Shown here piece after piece: positions 17,693 through 26,849 of a stretch of 64,000 nt of DNA. The notes under the pieces were generated by a model. That model searched no databases. It saw nothing but the letters and a program-made list of their open reading frames with translations, and was not told where the DNA came from. Positions within the stretch are counted from its first letter, which is position 1, and every line of letters begins with the position of its first letter. The DNA lies in contig CAZFJX010000001.1 in NCBI GenBank assembly GCA_964519505.1, positions 15,543-79,542 on the forward strand, given 5' to 3'. The stretch comes from an uncultured Desulfurococcales archaeon. Its GTDB lineage: Archaea; Thermoproteota; Thermoprotei_A; Sulfolobales; CAZFJX01. The translations under genes and the position numbers were made by a program.

Positions 17693-19486
17693 TTAAAGTA
17701 ATTCTTTTTTAGATTCTTCTCTTACAGTAGTCACGTACTCCTTAACGATACCCCTAACGTACTCCCCATTCACGGGCCCTAATGCTGTCTTAACCTCAAG
17801 CAACCTCTTGGGCACCTTAACCTTTAGCGGGTCATAACCTTCACTAAGTTTAATTAAGTGCTTCTTTAGGTATATTCTCTTACCTAGCTCTTTAAGCTCA
17901 TCAACACTACGGAATCTATAGCCTAGCCCCCTTAACGCCTTAAGAACTACCTCAGGTTTATATAGCCCTCTAGCAAATAGGCATATAACCAATGAATTAA
18001 GCACCTGCCTCCAACTCTCTTCCTCATAAATCATCTTAAAACCTTCCTTAACCTCAGGTACAGGCTTACCTGCCTTAAGGAGCTTCTGATCCATTGAGTA
18101 AGCGCCTGAGTCTAAGTGGCTATGTCTAGCACCTATGATTAATGAAGCTATAAACAGTGGCCCTGTGTGGTAGCCTGCAGGTTCTACCTTATTGAACTCT
18201 ATAGCGAATTCTTCACCACCGTATTTCTTACCTAACTCATGTACTCCCAGAGCGGCCACCTTATAGAACTCGTTAGGCTGCTTGATAATGTTGTGGACGA
18301 TCTTTATGTACTCCTCATATTTACCCCAATCAGGCTTGGCGAGTACCTCTTTCTCGCTTATTAACCCTTTCTTAAAGGCCTCAGTAATCCATGCAAGTAT
18401 GACGCCTGTTGATATAGCATCAAGACCTTCCTCCTCAACAGCGTATATTAACTTAAGTAATCCCTCCCTAGATGATATACCTAGGTTACTGCCTAAGGAA
18501 TATAGGAGCTCGTAATCGTAACTTATGAATGTTGTCTTATAGAAGTATGGCTCATCACCGTAAGGCTCACGTAGGGCTGCGACATGTATGCATGCTATAG
18601 GGCATCCAGAGCAAGCTACTCTCCTAGCCAGTACGTGCTCAGCTAACTTCTCACCACTAATCTCCTCAGCATGCTCGAAATTACCTGAACTAAAGTTCCT
18701 TGTGGGTAAAGCACCTATCTTACTTAAGGGTATTACATTAGCTGCCGTACCTAAGTCGTGGTACTTCCTCATGACGGGGGACTTAGTCGCTGTTTCGTAA
18801 ATCTCCTTAAAGACCTCTCTATATTCCTTCGGGTTAGGTACCTTGAAACCTCCCTTACCTATGATCACTAGCGCCTTAAGTTTCTTAGAACCAAATACCG
18901 CACCGAGACCTAACCTACCAAAGTGCCTATAAGTCTCGGTAATCACCGTTGCATACCTGACGAGCCTCTCACCAGCCTTACCTATCCTCATAATAGTCCT
19001 AACACCAGCGCCTGATGTCGCGTCCCTAAGTACTCTACCTACAGTCTCGGTGCTCCTCATACCCCATAACGTACCAGCATCCCTAAATAATACCTTATTA
19101 CCATCTATGACTAGGTATAGGGGTCTTTCTGAGGCGCCCTTAATTACTATGGCGCCATAACCAGCAAGTCTTATGGCGGCAGCAGACCTACCACCAGCGT
19201 GTGATTCAGCGAAATATCCATTTAAAGGCGACTTAAACACAGCAACGGTCTTAGAGCCTAGTGGATATGCCATAGTGAATGGTCCTACAGCAAATATTAT
19301 GGCATTCTCAGGACCTAATGGATCAGCTTTACTCGGTATTTCCTCTTTATATAACTGTGTAGCTACACCAATACCACCTAACCACTCACTAAAGAGGTCC
19401 TCCCTACTTTCGACCCAGAAAGTCTTCCTTGTTAAGTCAATGTATAGAACCTTAGATAAGTACCTTATGTAGCTCATGACTAACAC
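17693..19486 (-). CDS. aor: aldehyde:ferredoxin oxidoreductase family tungstoenzyme
   Basis: Full-length AOR-like layout: N-terminal LYIDLT...GGIGV, the CSGCPIAC cluster motif, about 600 aa. An alternative ATG at 19477 (MSYIRY) would remove the overlap with the upstream ferredoxin gene. Confidence 0.85.
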   Translation of the reverse strand: MLVMSYIRYLSKVLYIDLTRKTFWVESREDLFSEWLGGIGVATQLYKEEIPSKADPLGPENAIIFAVGPFTMAYPLGSKTVAVFKSPLNGYFAESHAGGRSAAAIRLAGYGAIVIKGASERPLYLVIDGNKVLFRDAGTLWGMRSTETVGRVLRDATSGAGVRTIMRIGKAGERLVRYATVITETYRHFGRLGLGAVFGSKKLKALVIIGKGGFKVPNPKEYREVFKEIYETATKSPVMRKYHDLGTAANVIPLSKIGALPTRNFSSGNFEHAEEISGEKLAEHVLARRVACSGCPIACIHVAALREPYGDEPYFYKTTFISYDYELLYSLGSNLGISSREGLLKLIYAVEEEGLDAISTGVILAWITEAFKKGLISEKEVLAKPDWGKYEEYIKIVHNIIKQPNEFYKVAALGVHELGKKYGGEEFAIEFNKVEPAGYHTGPLFIASLIIGARHSHLDSGAYSMDQKLLKAGKPVPEVKEGFKMIYEEESWRQVLNSLVICLFARGLYKPEVVLKALRGLGYRFRSVDELKELGKRIYLKKHLIKLSEGYDPLKVKVPKRLLEVKTALGPVNGEYVRGIVKEYVTTVREESKKELL

Positions 19487-19917
19487 ACCTCTTCAAGACC
19501 TAAAACACCGTGTGGACAGAAGTCAATACAGAACCCGCAGTGAGTACATATTATGGGCTTATTACTTAGGTCGTCCCACATAACAGCACCGATGACGCAC
19601 GCCTCCCTGCAGAACCCGCACCCTATGCATTTAGAGTAATTAACGACTACTCCAGCACCACCCTTACGTTGGGTTATCGCACCTACGGGGCACGCTCTTA
19701 AGCATGGTGGGTCTTTACAAGCCCTACACACAACGACCACGAAACCTCTTTCAACACCACCAGCACTCCTAACATGAATGGCGGATTTAGCAAAGCCGAC
19801 CTCAGCAAACCTCCTAGAGCATGCCAGCATACATAACTGGCAACCAACACATCTATTGACGTCCTTAATCACTAATCTCCTAGGTCTCAAACCCTCACCA
19901 CTAGACAAGACTAACAC
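19480..19917 (-). CDS. polyferredoxin-like 4Fe-4S protein
   Basis: Several Cys clusters (CVGCQLCMLAC, CRACKDPPC, CIGCGFCREAC, CTHCGFCIDFC). Lies immediately upstream of the AOR gene. Confidence 0.8.
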   Translation of the reverse strand: MLVLSSGEGLRPRRLVIKDVNRCVGCQLCMLACSRRFAEVGFAKSAIHVRSAGGVERGFVVVVCRACKDPPCLRACPVGAITQRKGGAGVVVNYSKCIGCGFCREACVIGAVMWDDLSNKPIICTHCGFCIDFCPHGVLGLEEVC

Positions 19918-20077
19918 ACCATGTTCTCATTCTAAATAGGTATTAAAAACCTCACCAAAAACGATTACTTCAATTTAATTAAAAATGAAGAATATCTAGG
20001 AATTCTCATCTCATTTAAGACTAAGTACCTCTGTGCGGGTGAGCGATTTAAGGGTGTTAATCAAGTATTTTATATGG

Positions 20078-20128
20078 ATGATTAAAGCTGGGTTGACTGA
20101 ATTAATGATGAGTTCACGGACCGTATGA
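20078..20128 (+). ncRNA. box C/D sRNA candidate 2
   Basis: ATGATTA-N12(AAGCTGGGTTGA)-CTGA-ATTA-ATGATGA-N13(GTTCACGGACCGT)-ATGA. The variant C (U at position 6) and variant D (A at position 1) co-vary, which preserves the k-turn Watson-Crick pair. Confidence 0.45.
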
Positions 20129-20129
20129 C

Positions 20130-20825
20130 CTAGACCTTCCTTGGCGTAACCTCCTTCAGCGTACCGTCACTCATAACCATACTCCTATCAACGAACTCAA
20201 GTACCCTAGGGTCATGTGAGACTATTATTATGGTTGTATTAAAATCATCCCTTATCTTCTTAAATAGGTCAAGTACTTTAACAGCATTATACCAGTCTAG
20301 ATTAGCTGTTGGTTCATCAGCAAGTAAGACTGATGGCGTACCTACTAAAGCCCTAGCGATAGCAACCCTTTGTCTCTCACCACCGCTTAAGTTCTTAGGC
20401 TTAAGCCTCTCCTTACCCTTAAGCCCTATATACTCAATAATCTCACTAACAATCCTATACCTACTTAATTTATCGTAACCAGCTAGGAGCAGTGGTAACT
20501 CAATATTTTCGAAGACTGTTAAGGTATCTACAAGTCCATAGTCTTGAGGTATGTACCCGACTATGGTGTTCCTAATTAAGGCTAAACCATTCTCATCAAG
20601 TAAATTAAGGTTATATCCATCAACAATTACCTCACCCTTATCAGGTCTTTCAAGACCAGCTAATATCCTTAACAATGTGGTTTTACCTGAACCACTAGGT
20701 CCGTGAATACCTACGATCTCACCCCTGTAGACAACCATGCTAACACCGCGTAGGGCTTCAGCAGTATGTTCGCTAGTTTTATATATTTTCCACACATCAC
20801 TAAGCACTATGACCACATCTCTCAA
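20130..20825 (-). CDS. ABC transporter ATP-binding protein (MacB/LolD/FtsE-like)
   Basis: Walker A GPSGSGKTT, signature LSGGERQRVAIARAL, Walker B LLADEPT. Confidence 0.9.
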   Translation of the reverse strand: MRDVVIVLSDVWKIYKTSEHTAEALRGVSMVVYRGEIVGIHGPSGSGKTTLLRILAGLERPDKGEVIVDGYNLNLLDENGLALIRNTIVGYIPQDYGLVDTLTVFENIELPLLLAGYDKLSRYRIVSEIIEYIGLKGKERLKPKNLSGGERQRVAIARALVGTPSVLLADEPTANLDWYNAVKVLDLFKKIRDDFNTTIIIVSHDPRVLEFVDRSMVMSDGTLKEVTPRKV

Positions 20826-20849
20826 CTTCCTCAGCCCTAACTACGTAGT

Positions 20850-21263
20850 TTAAACATGCTCTATAAACTTCACCTTTACCAAGATTAGTGAGGTTAGGGA
20901 TGCGGTAAATACGCCTATGAACTCTATTAAGGCTAATAACTCCTTAAGAAGTACTAACTGAATTATGGTTAAGAATAACGTAAGTAGTACTGCGTAGATA
21001 AGTATGAAGCCCCTAATAACATTAACCTTAGCACCACAGATCCTTAAGCCGGTAAATACCGAGGTTAATGATGTTTTCTCAGCATATATGAGTGATATCG
21101 AGGTGAGTATGGTTAGTAAAATCAGTAGGTAAGTAATTAGTAAGTGCTTACTCCAAAGACTAATTAGGTAAGAGGTTAGTACATTAACCACTATAGCGAA
21201 GAAAGGAACCCTACTCCTAAAAAACACCTTAGACACTAAAGGTATAAGTGATGCTACATTCAA
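20850..21263 (-). CDS. small polytopic membrane protein (about 4 TM) in the ABC operon
   Basis: 137 aa, almost entirely hydrophobic. Its start overlaps the stop of the upstream permease ORF by 4 nt. Confidence 0.4.
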   Translation of the reverse strand: MNVASLIPLVSKVFFRSRVPFFAIVVNVLTSYLISLWSKHLLITYLLILLTILTSISLIYAEKTSLTSVFTGLRICGAKVNVIRGFILIYAVLLTLFLTIIQLVLLKELLALIEFIGVFTASLTSLILVKVKFIEHV

Positions 21264-22789
21264 ACCCTTAACCCCCCATGAACCTTACTTAATACCATCT
21301 TACTGATTAATTCCATGTATTTATCAGATATTTCCTCAATACTCCATGGCTTAACACTTATACTTACCTTATACCCATCATTAACCCTAGAGACCATTAC
21401 CTCAACATTAGCCCCTAAACCCCATGCCTTCTTAAACCTTAAGACACCATAAAGATATCCTTCGTCATCCCTACAGTACTTATCTATCTTAATTACATCA
21501 AAGAACTCATCACGCCTTAATAACGTATCTACCTTGCTCAAAACTTCGTGAGGCCCCTCACTAAGTACCAATGTTAACTCATGGGTTGCTGGAGTTATTT
21601 CTGGTTGAGCATATATCTTACTAACCTCAATCTTACTAAACGCTGTTACTGTTAGTGCTGTAATCACGAAAGAAATTAATGATGTGAATACCGATGGCGG
21701 TTCAAACACTAATGGTGTTATTAAGAAGAATACTATACCCATCATGATTAATGGTGATATAACTGCGAAGAGAGCTATGAGAGAGAGCGACCATATGGGA
21801 AACCCTATAATCACTAACCTCTCCTCAACCTCCTTAATCTTAGATATTTGAGCATGTGTTGATGGCAGTATTATTAATGAGGCTATGGCAGCTGAAATTA
21901 TGGATGTTACGACCCCCTCCGTAGACGGTATTGGTGTCCCGAAGTACGTAATTAAAGTATCGTTATGTACTATAATGAACTCACTTATGTACTCTTTATA
22001 CTTAAGCAATAGTGGCACAGTAGCATTAAGCTCCTCACTACTCATGAACTCAATTACGTATGTTATTGGTACTGACGCATTAAGTAATTCATTAGCTAAC
22101 TCAAAACTGGTTACTAATGTATTCTCTAAAGGCACGAATATTGGTTTAGAACCTAGGAAGAATGAGGGCTTTAGGAGAGTTACGCCATCCACTATCCTTA
22201 ATTCATAGATGAAGTTACCTAAGTACTTAATAGGGACTAACTTATCCCTAATCTTAAGTAATCTGCTAGAGAACTCCTTAGCCCCTACATAGCACTCCCT
22301 ACTCACGTTTAGTGGTCCGTAATCTGTATCGAGACCTAGAACTGAGTATATGACCAAAGTCTCACTACCTACACGTAAGTTTAGTGGCTCCTCAAGAACT
22401 ACCCTAATCATCTTCCTTAATTCCTTAAAATTTAATTCATGAGTAATTAGTTGTGGCAGGTTCTCACTTAATTCAATGATTATCAAGTACTTACCCGTAG
22501 GCTCTATGGTCACGGTTTTTGAAGCTAGAACAGCTCCTGATGAGAGAGCGCTTATCAGTAGTATTATGAGTATTACGGATAGTGATAAAGCTGTTGCTGG
22601 TGTCTTAAGCACTATAGAGACAACCTTGATTAACGCTATAACCTGTGAGTATGTGTATTTAGGGGCCTCCTGAGGTTTAGGTACTCTTACCTTCCTACCT
22701 ATCAATAACTTAACTCTACGTAGGAGTAAGTACGTGGTTAGTACTAACGCTACACCATACATTAAAGCATTAATAAGCACTTCATTCAT
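21260..22789 (-). CDS. FtsX/MacB-type ABC permease-like protein with large extracytoplasmic loop and extra C-terminal soluble domain
   Basis: TM1, a loop of about 220 aa, TM2, KIKEVEERLVIIGFP (resembles the R-x-REIGILKALG segment of FtsX permeases), two more TMs, and a tail of about 115 aa. Confidence 0.5.
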   Translation of the reverse strand: MNEVLINALMYGVALVLTTYLLLRRVKLLIGRKVRVPKPQEAPKYTYSQVIALIKVVSIVLKTPATALSLSVILIILLISALSSGAVLASKTVTIEPTGKYLIIIELSENLPQLITHELNFKELRKMIRVVLEEPLNLRVGSETLVIYSVLGLDTDYGPLNVSRECYVGAKEFSSRLLKIRDKLVPIKYLGNFIYELRIVDGVTLLKPSFFLGSKPIFVPLENTLVTSFELANELLNASVPITYVIEFMSSEELNATVPLLLKYKEYISEFIIVHNDTLITYFGTPIPSTEGVVTSIISAAIASLIILPSTHAQISKIKEVEERLVIIGFPIWSLSLIALFAVISPLIMMGIVFFLITPLVFEPPSVFTSLISFVITALTVTAFSKIEVSKIYAQPEITPATHELTLVLSEGPHEVLSKVDTLLRRDEFFDVIKIDKYCRDDEGYLYGVLRFKKAWGLGANVEVMVSRVNDGYKVSISVKPWSIEEISDKYMELISKMVLSKVHGGLRV

Positions 22790-22791
22790 CC

Positions 22792-24552
22792 TTATCCACC
22801 CATGCTTATCAACATCAATGTATGTAGTATCACGGCAGTGCCAGCGCCAGCTAACGCCAGTGCTGATGATGTTATTAAACTCTCCTGAATCTCGGCGCCT
22901 AACCTCATAGTCACGTACTTAATTAGCGAGGCTATAAGGAACGTTAGGAATAGGTCGGGTATTAATGTTAAACCTATGAGTATGGCGAAGAGTGATATTT
23001 GGGTAAGCCTTAAGGCACGTAGTAACGCAATTAACATTATCGATACCGTGACCCCCATAGCTATCACGCTAACATTAAATACCTCACCAACTGCCCTACC
23101 ATAAAGCGCCACCATCCAGTAGGTAAGTGGTAACCACCTAACTAGTGAGAAGTACCTTGAGTGAAGACCGTAAACAGCCAGTAATAAATGCCCGTAAATC
23201 AACGTGATCGGGGCACCCACGAGGATGCCTAGTAAAAGTAAGAGCACCACAGTCTCTATATCTAACTCTAAAACCCTACCTATCTTAATTACATTCATAG
23301 CTGAACCAGCGAAGTACTGAGGCATTGGTATCCCTGTAAATGGGTCTGCGAAAACGTAGAGGGATGCTCCTTTATAACCACTTACGTAGATTAATGATGT
23401 AGCTATTGGAAATATCGCTTGAGAGCCTAAACCAACTTCACCAACAACCCTCATGTTAACTAGCGTAAGGACTACCTGCATCACTATAGTGGCTACGAAT
23501 ATGGGTAAGAATACGAGATTAAGCAATTTATTATCATACACAATAGCTGTAACTATCTGTAACGTAAGTAGGGCTAATGACACCATCATTAATAACCTGT
23601 TAATTCTATAGCTTAGTAATATCCTTAATGTCTTGGCATAGGACCTATAGTTACTTAATAAGTACCACATTATTGAAAGCAGTATAAACCCTACAATAAA
23701 TGATGATAGATAAGGTGTTGAAGACACCACTAAGGTTGTCATTGACGTGTTAGCACTAATTAGTAGTAGCCCCTGAAAGGCTAATATAGGGAATATTAGG
23801 AGATACATTAACGCATTACCTAAGCATATGCCTAATGAAGTATTTAGCGGCATTATTAGGGCTAGGTAGAGCATGAAGAAATCAATGCCTAAGCTTAACG
23901 CCATGCCGGGAACTATGGGTTGTAGAGAGGGTGTTAAGTCATAAGTGAAGGGCCCCCATAATAACGCTGCTAACTCAGTGATGAAGCCTATGAGGAATGG
24001 TACTAGCAGGGTCTTAACGGTCTTCAGCGTTATTGTGTTTATCATGAATGCTGAAGAAACCCCTATAGGGTAAAGGAGTCTCTCACGGTCAATGAAGTGC
24101 CTGTAGAATATGTAGGCAAGCACTATTCCTGATGCTGAAATCAGGGTCATTAGTGAGTAATTGATTATTGATTGAGGTAAGTAGTTGCCCTCCTCACTAA
24201 AATACAGCCATGTAGGTAGTTCAATACCTAACTTCTTAGTTATGGGTAGGTTATTAAGTAACGTATAGGTTACGTACATACCCGAAGTGATTGCCGATGT
24301 AAGTGATATGCCAAAAGCAATTACTGAAGCTACGAATATATCAAGAGTTGATGGCCTTAACCTTAGCAACCTAAAGAACGAATATACTATGACCGGCATG
24401 ATTATTAAAGATATTTCTGATGTTGTATAGCCAGTAACGCAGTATCCATAAGTATCTATAAACCCCATAATAAGCCCTGTAAGTAGGCCTGTGAGCACAT
24501 CGTCCTTAATCCTTAAATAACGGCTATTAGAATATACTGAGGAGCTTGTCAT
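22792..24552 (-). CDS. OPT-family (oligopeptide transporter superfamily) membrane protein
   Basis: 586 aa with about 15 hydrophobic segments. The N-terminal region resembles OPT family proteins as recalled. Confidence 0.55.
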   Translation of the reverse strand: MTSSSVYSNSRYLRIKDDVLTGLLTGLIMGFIDTYGYCVTGYTTSEISLIIMPVIVYSFFRLLRLRPSTLDIFVASVIAFGISLTSAITSGMYVTYTLLNNLPITKKLGIELPTWLYFSEEGNYLPQSIINYSLMTLISASGIVLAYIFYRHFIDRERLLYPIGVSSAFMINTITLKTVKTLLVPFLIGFITELAALLWGPFTYDLTPSLQPIVPGMALSLGIDFFMLYLALIMPLNTSLGICLGNALMYLLIFPILAFQGLLLISANTSMTTLVVSSTPYLSSFIVGFILLSIMWYLLSNYRSYAKTLRILLSYRINRLLMMVSLALLTLQIVTAIVYDNKLLNLVFLPIFVATIVMQVVLTLVNMRVVGEVGLGSQAIFPIATSLIYVSGYKGASLYVFADPFTGIPMPQYFAGSAMNVIKIGRVLELDIETVVLLLLLGILVGAPITLIYGHLLLAVYGLHSRYFSLVRWLPLTYWMVALYGRAVGEVFNVSVIAMGVTVSIMLIALLRALRLTQISLFAILIGLTLIPDLFLTFLIASLIKYVTMRLGAEIQESLITSSALALAGAGTAVILHTLMLISMGG

Positions 24553-24557
24553 CTAGC

Positions 24558-25163
24558 TCACTCCCCGATTAAATCCTTCCCAATACCCATTAAAGATAGG
24601 GCTTCACTCCTTAATCGTTGATCCTTGCTGAAAACACCCCTTGTTGATAAAGTGATTAATTTAAGGTTCTCCTTAACCCCTCTAAGGAGGGCGCATGTAT
24701 GTATAGCCTCTATAACCACTAAGCATCCCTTAGCCTTAACGTACTCCATGATAAAGTCAGCTACTTGATTAGTTAGCCTTTCCTGAATCTGTAACCTCCT
24801 TGAGAATATATTAACTATCCTTGAGAACTTACTTAAACCTAAGATATACTTAGTCGGTATGTAAGCTATATGTGCATAACCAAAGAACGGTAAGAGGTGG
24901 TGTTCGCACAGGCTCCTTACAGCTATGTCCTTAACTATTACTAAATCACCGTAAGCCTCATAATAGTCCTCTTCTTCATGCCCAAATAACTTAAGGAACT
25001 CTTTAGGATCATATCTATACCCTATGAGTAATTCATCAAGCAACATACGTGACACTCTCTTAGGTGTTTCTCTAAGCCCCTCCCTCTCAGGATCCTCACC
25101 AATAACCCTTAAGAACTCCTTAACAAGCCACTCAACCTTCTCATAATCTTCAGTACTAACCAC
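24558..25163 (-). CDS. folE: GTP cyclohydrolase I (FolE, type IA)
   Basis: REGLRETPKR and SLCEHHLLPFFG motifs. About 200 aa. Confidence 0.9.
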   Translation of the reverse strand: MVSTEDYEKVEWLVKEFLRVIGEDPEREGLRETPKRVSRMLLDELLIGYRYDPKEFLKLFGHEEEDYYEAYGDLVIVKDIAVRSLCEHHLLPFFGYAHIAYIPTKYILGLSKFSRIVNIFSRRLQIQERLTNQVADFIMEYVKAKGCLVVIEAIHTCALLRGVKENLKLITLSTRGVFSKDQRLRSEALSLMGIGKDLIGE

Positions 25164-25193
25164 ACTATCACCTTCACCTAATTATAGATTGGG

Positions 25194-25832
25194 TTAAGTC
25201 TTACTTAATATTGCTTTAATAACCATGTTAAGTGATTCATTAAATAAGGATCTGGCCCTAATCATAAGGGGTTCTGTGGGTCTAAGCCTTACTAACTCAC
25301 TGAAATAATAATTTACCTTAGTAAAGGTCCTTAATGCTTCACTGATAGCATCATACTCAATGAAAGCCTTAAGTTTGGTGTAGTATATCAGCATTTCCAG
25401 TAGGTACGTGTTGGCTCTACTATAGGCTAATTTAGAACCCCTACCTATCTCCATATGTATGGGTCTTAAGAACATCATAGCTCTATCCTTACCTAGGTGT
25501 TCGTATTTATCTAGAACACATTCAATGTAATAATCTACAGCACCATCAATACGTGGTACCTTAACCTTAAGTGACTTAATGAACTTTAATCCCTTCCTAT
25601 TCAGTAATGAGTCGTAGTACAGTACTGAGTCATTAGTTAAGTTAATTACTGCTTCGTTGTTCAATAATAGATTCTCGTAAGTCTTCGTATTTATATATGG
25701 CTTAATGACTAAGTAACCACCCATGTAATCTACTCCCATAGGTGCTACGTTGACGGTGCCATCTCTACCTAACGTAGTCACTAAGCACTCATGATGCCCG
25801 TATCTAAAAAGCTCGTTAAGTACGTCCTCCAA
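25194..25832 (-). CDS. DUF447-like split-barrel (FMN-binding-like) protein
   Basis: ECLVTTLGRDGTVNVAPMGV is a split-barrel N-terminal pattern. Size about 210 aa. Lies between folE and the RFAP synthase gene. Confidence 0.5.
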   Translation of the reverse strand: MEDVLNELFRYGHHECLVTTLGRDGTVNVAPMGVDYMGGYLVIKPYINTKTYENLLLNNEAVINLTNDSVLYYDSLLNRKGLKFIKSLKVKVPRIDGAVDYYIECVLDKYEHLGKDRAMMFLRPIHMEIGRGSKLAYSRANTYLLEMLIYYTKLKAFIEYDAISEALRTFTKVNYYFSELVRLRPTEPLMIRARSLFNESLNMVIKAILSKT

Positions 25833-25895
25833 TATGACACCGTTTTTAGAAAATTAATTAGACTTATTAACTTAGTGATTAACTAGTGAGGTAAT

Positions 25896-26849
25896 GTGGG
25901 TGAGGGAATCAAGGCTTTAGTAACGTCTGGGTTTAGGCTACATTTAGGGTTCTATAGATTTTACGATCCACCTTTCAAGTACGGATCTTTAGGTTTAGGA
26001 ATATCTGAACCCAAGTTTAAATTAATGATTAAGCATCCAGGTAAGGGCATTATTGAGGGATTTGATGAGATTGGTGCTGGAGCTATTACTAAAGTACTTA
26101 AAGAGTTAGGATTGAGTAACGATGTTGATGTTTCTCTTAGAGGCTTTATGGCCCACCATGTAGGTTTGGGCTCAGTAACTAAGGTGATTATGTCGCTCAT
26201 AGCTGGGTTAAGTAAGTTAGGTCTTGTGAATGATGATCTAGTAAAGTTAGCTAAGCGTTTAGGTAGAGGGAGGTTCTCATGTATAGGCATATATTCATCA
26301 ATATATGGAGGCTTCATAGTAGATACAGGTATTTACGGTGAAGGAACCCCGAGGTTATTGTTAAGGCTTAAATTCCCCACGGAATGGTATGCAGTTACTG
26401 TCATACCTAAGGGTATTAAAGGGTTAGATGATCGTGAGGAAAGGAATTTCATGGAGGAACCTAAGTTATTCTCTAAGCAGTCAGACCTCTATGCATGCTT
26501 AATAAGCTTAGTAACAGCCATAAATATACGCGACTTTAACCTATTCAGTAGTTCCTTAAGGAAAATACAGTACTTAACTGGTCAGTATTTCTCATCGATT
26601 CAAGGAGGTATTTATTGCTGTGACGTTGTTGAAGAAGTAGTCAAGTTCTTCTTGAGTAAAGGTATTGAGGGTATTGGTCAAAGTAGCTGGGGGCCTACAT
26701 GCTATGGTTTTATTGAGGGGTACATCAACGCAAAGGTAGTAAGGGATGAATTACTTAAGTACCTTAATGATATAGGTATTAGTGCTTACGTATTTATTAG
26801 CCCACCAGATAATCAAGGAGTTAACGTTAGGTTACTTAAGGATTCATGA
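25896..26849 (+). CDS. mptG: beta-ribofuranosylaminobenzene 5'-phosphate (RFAP) synthase, GHMP-kinase fold
   Basis: N-terminal SGFRLHLGF...GSLGLGISEP and an internal GLGSVTK (GHMP motif II-like), as recalled for MJ1427/MptG-type proteins. Confidence 0.65.
   Translation: MGEGIKALVTSGFRLHLGFYRFYDPPFKYGSLGLGISEPKFKLMIKHPGKGIIEGFDEIGAGAITKVLKELGLSNDVDVSLRGFMAHHVGLGSVTKVIMSLIAGLSKLGLVNDDLVKLAKRLGRGRFSCIGIYSSIYGGFIVDTGIYGEGTPRLLLRLKFPTEWYAVTVIPKGIKGLDDREERNFMEEPKLFSKQSDLYACLISLVTAINIRDFNLFSSSLRKIQYLTGQYFSSIQGGIYCCDVVEEVVKFFLSKGIEGIGQSSWGPTCYGFIEGYINAKVVRDELLKYLNDIGISAYVFISPPDNQGVNVRLLKDS

Noticed and set aside
20085-20096. Similarity of the sRNA-2 D' guide AAGCTGGGTTGA to the conserved 23S segment GAGCUGGGUUUAGA.
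   Set aside because: The match is to the sense rRNA sequence and not its complement, so it cannot act as a guide-target duplex. It is treated as coincidence.
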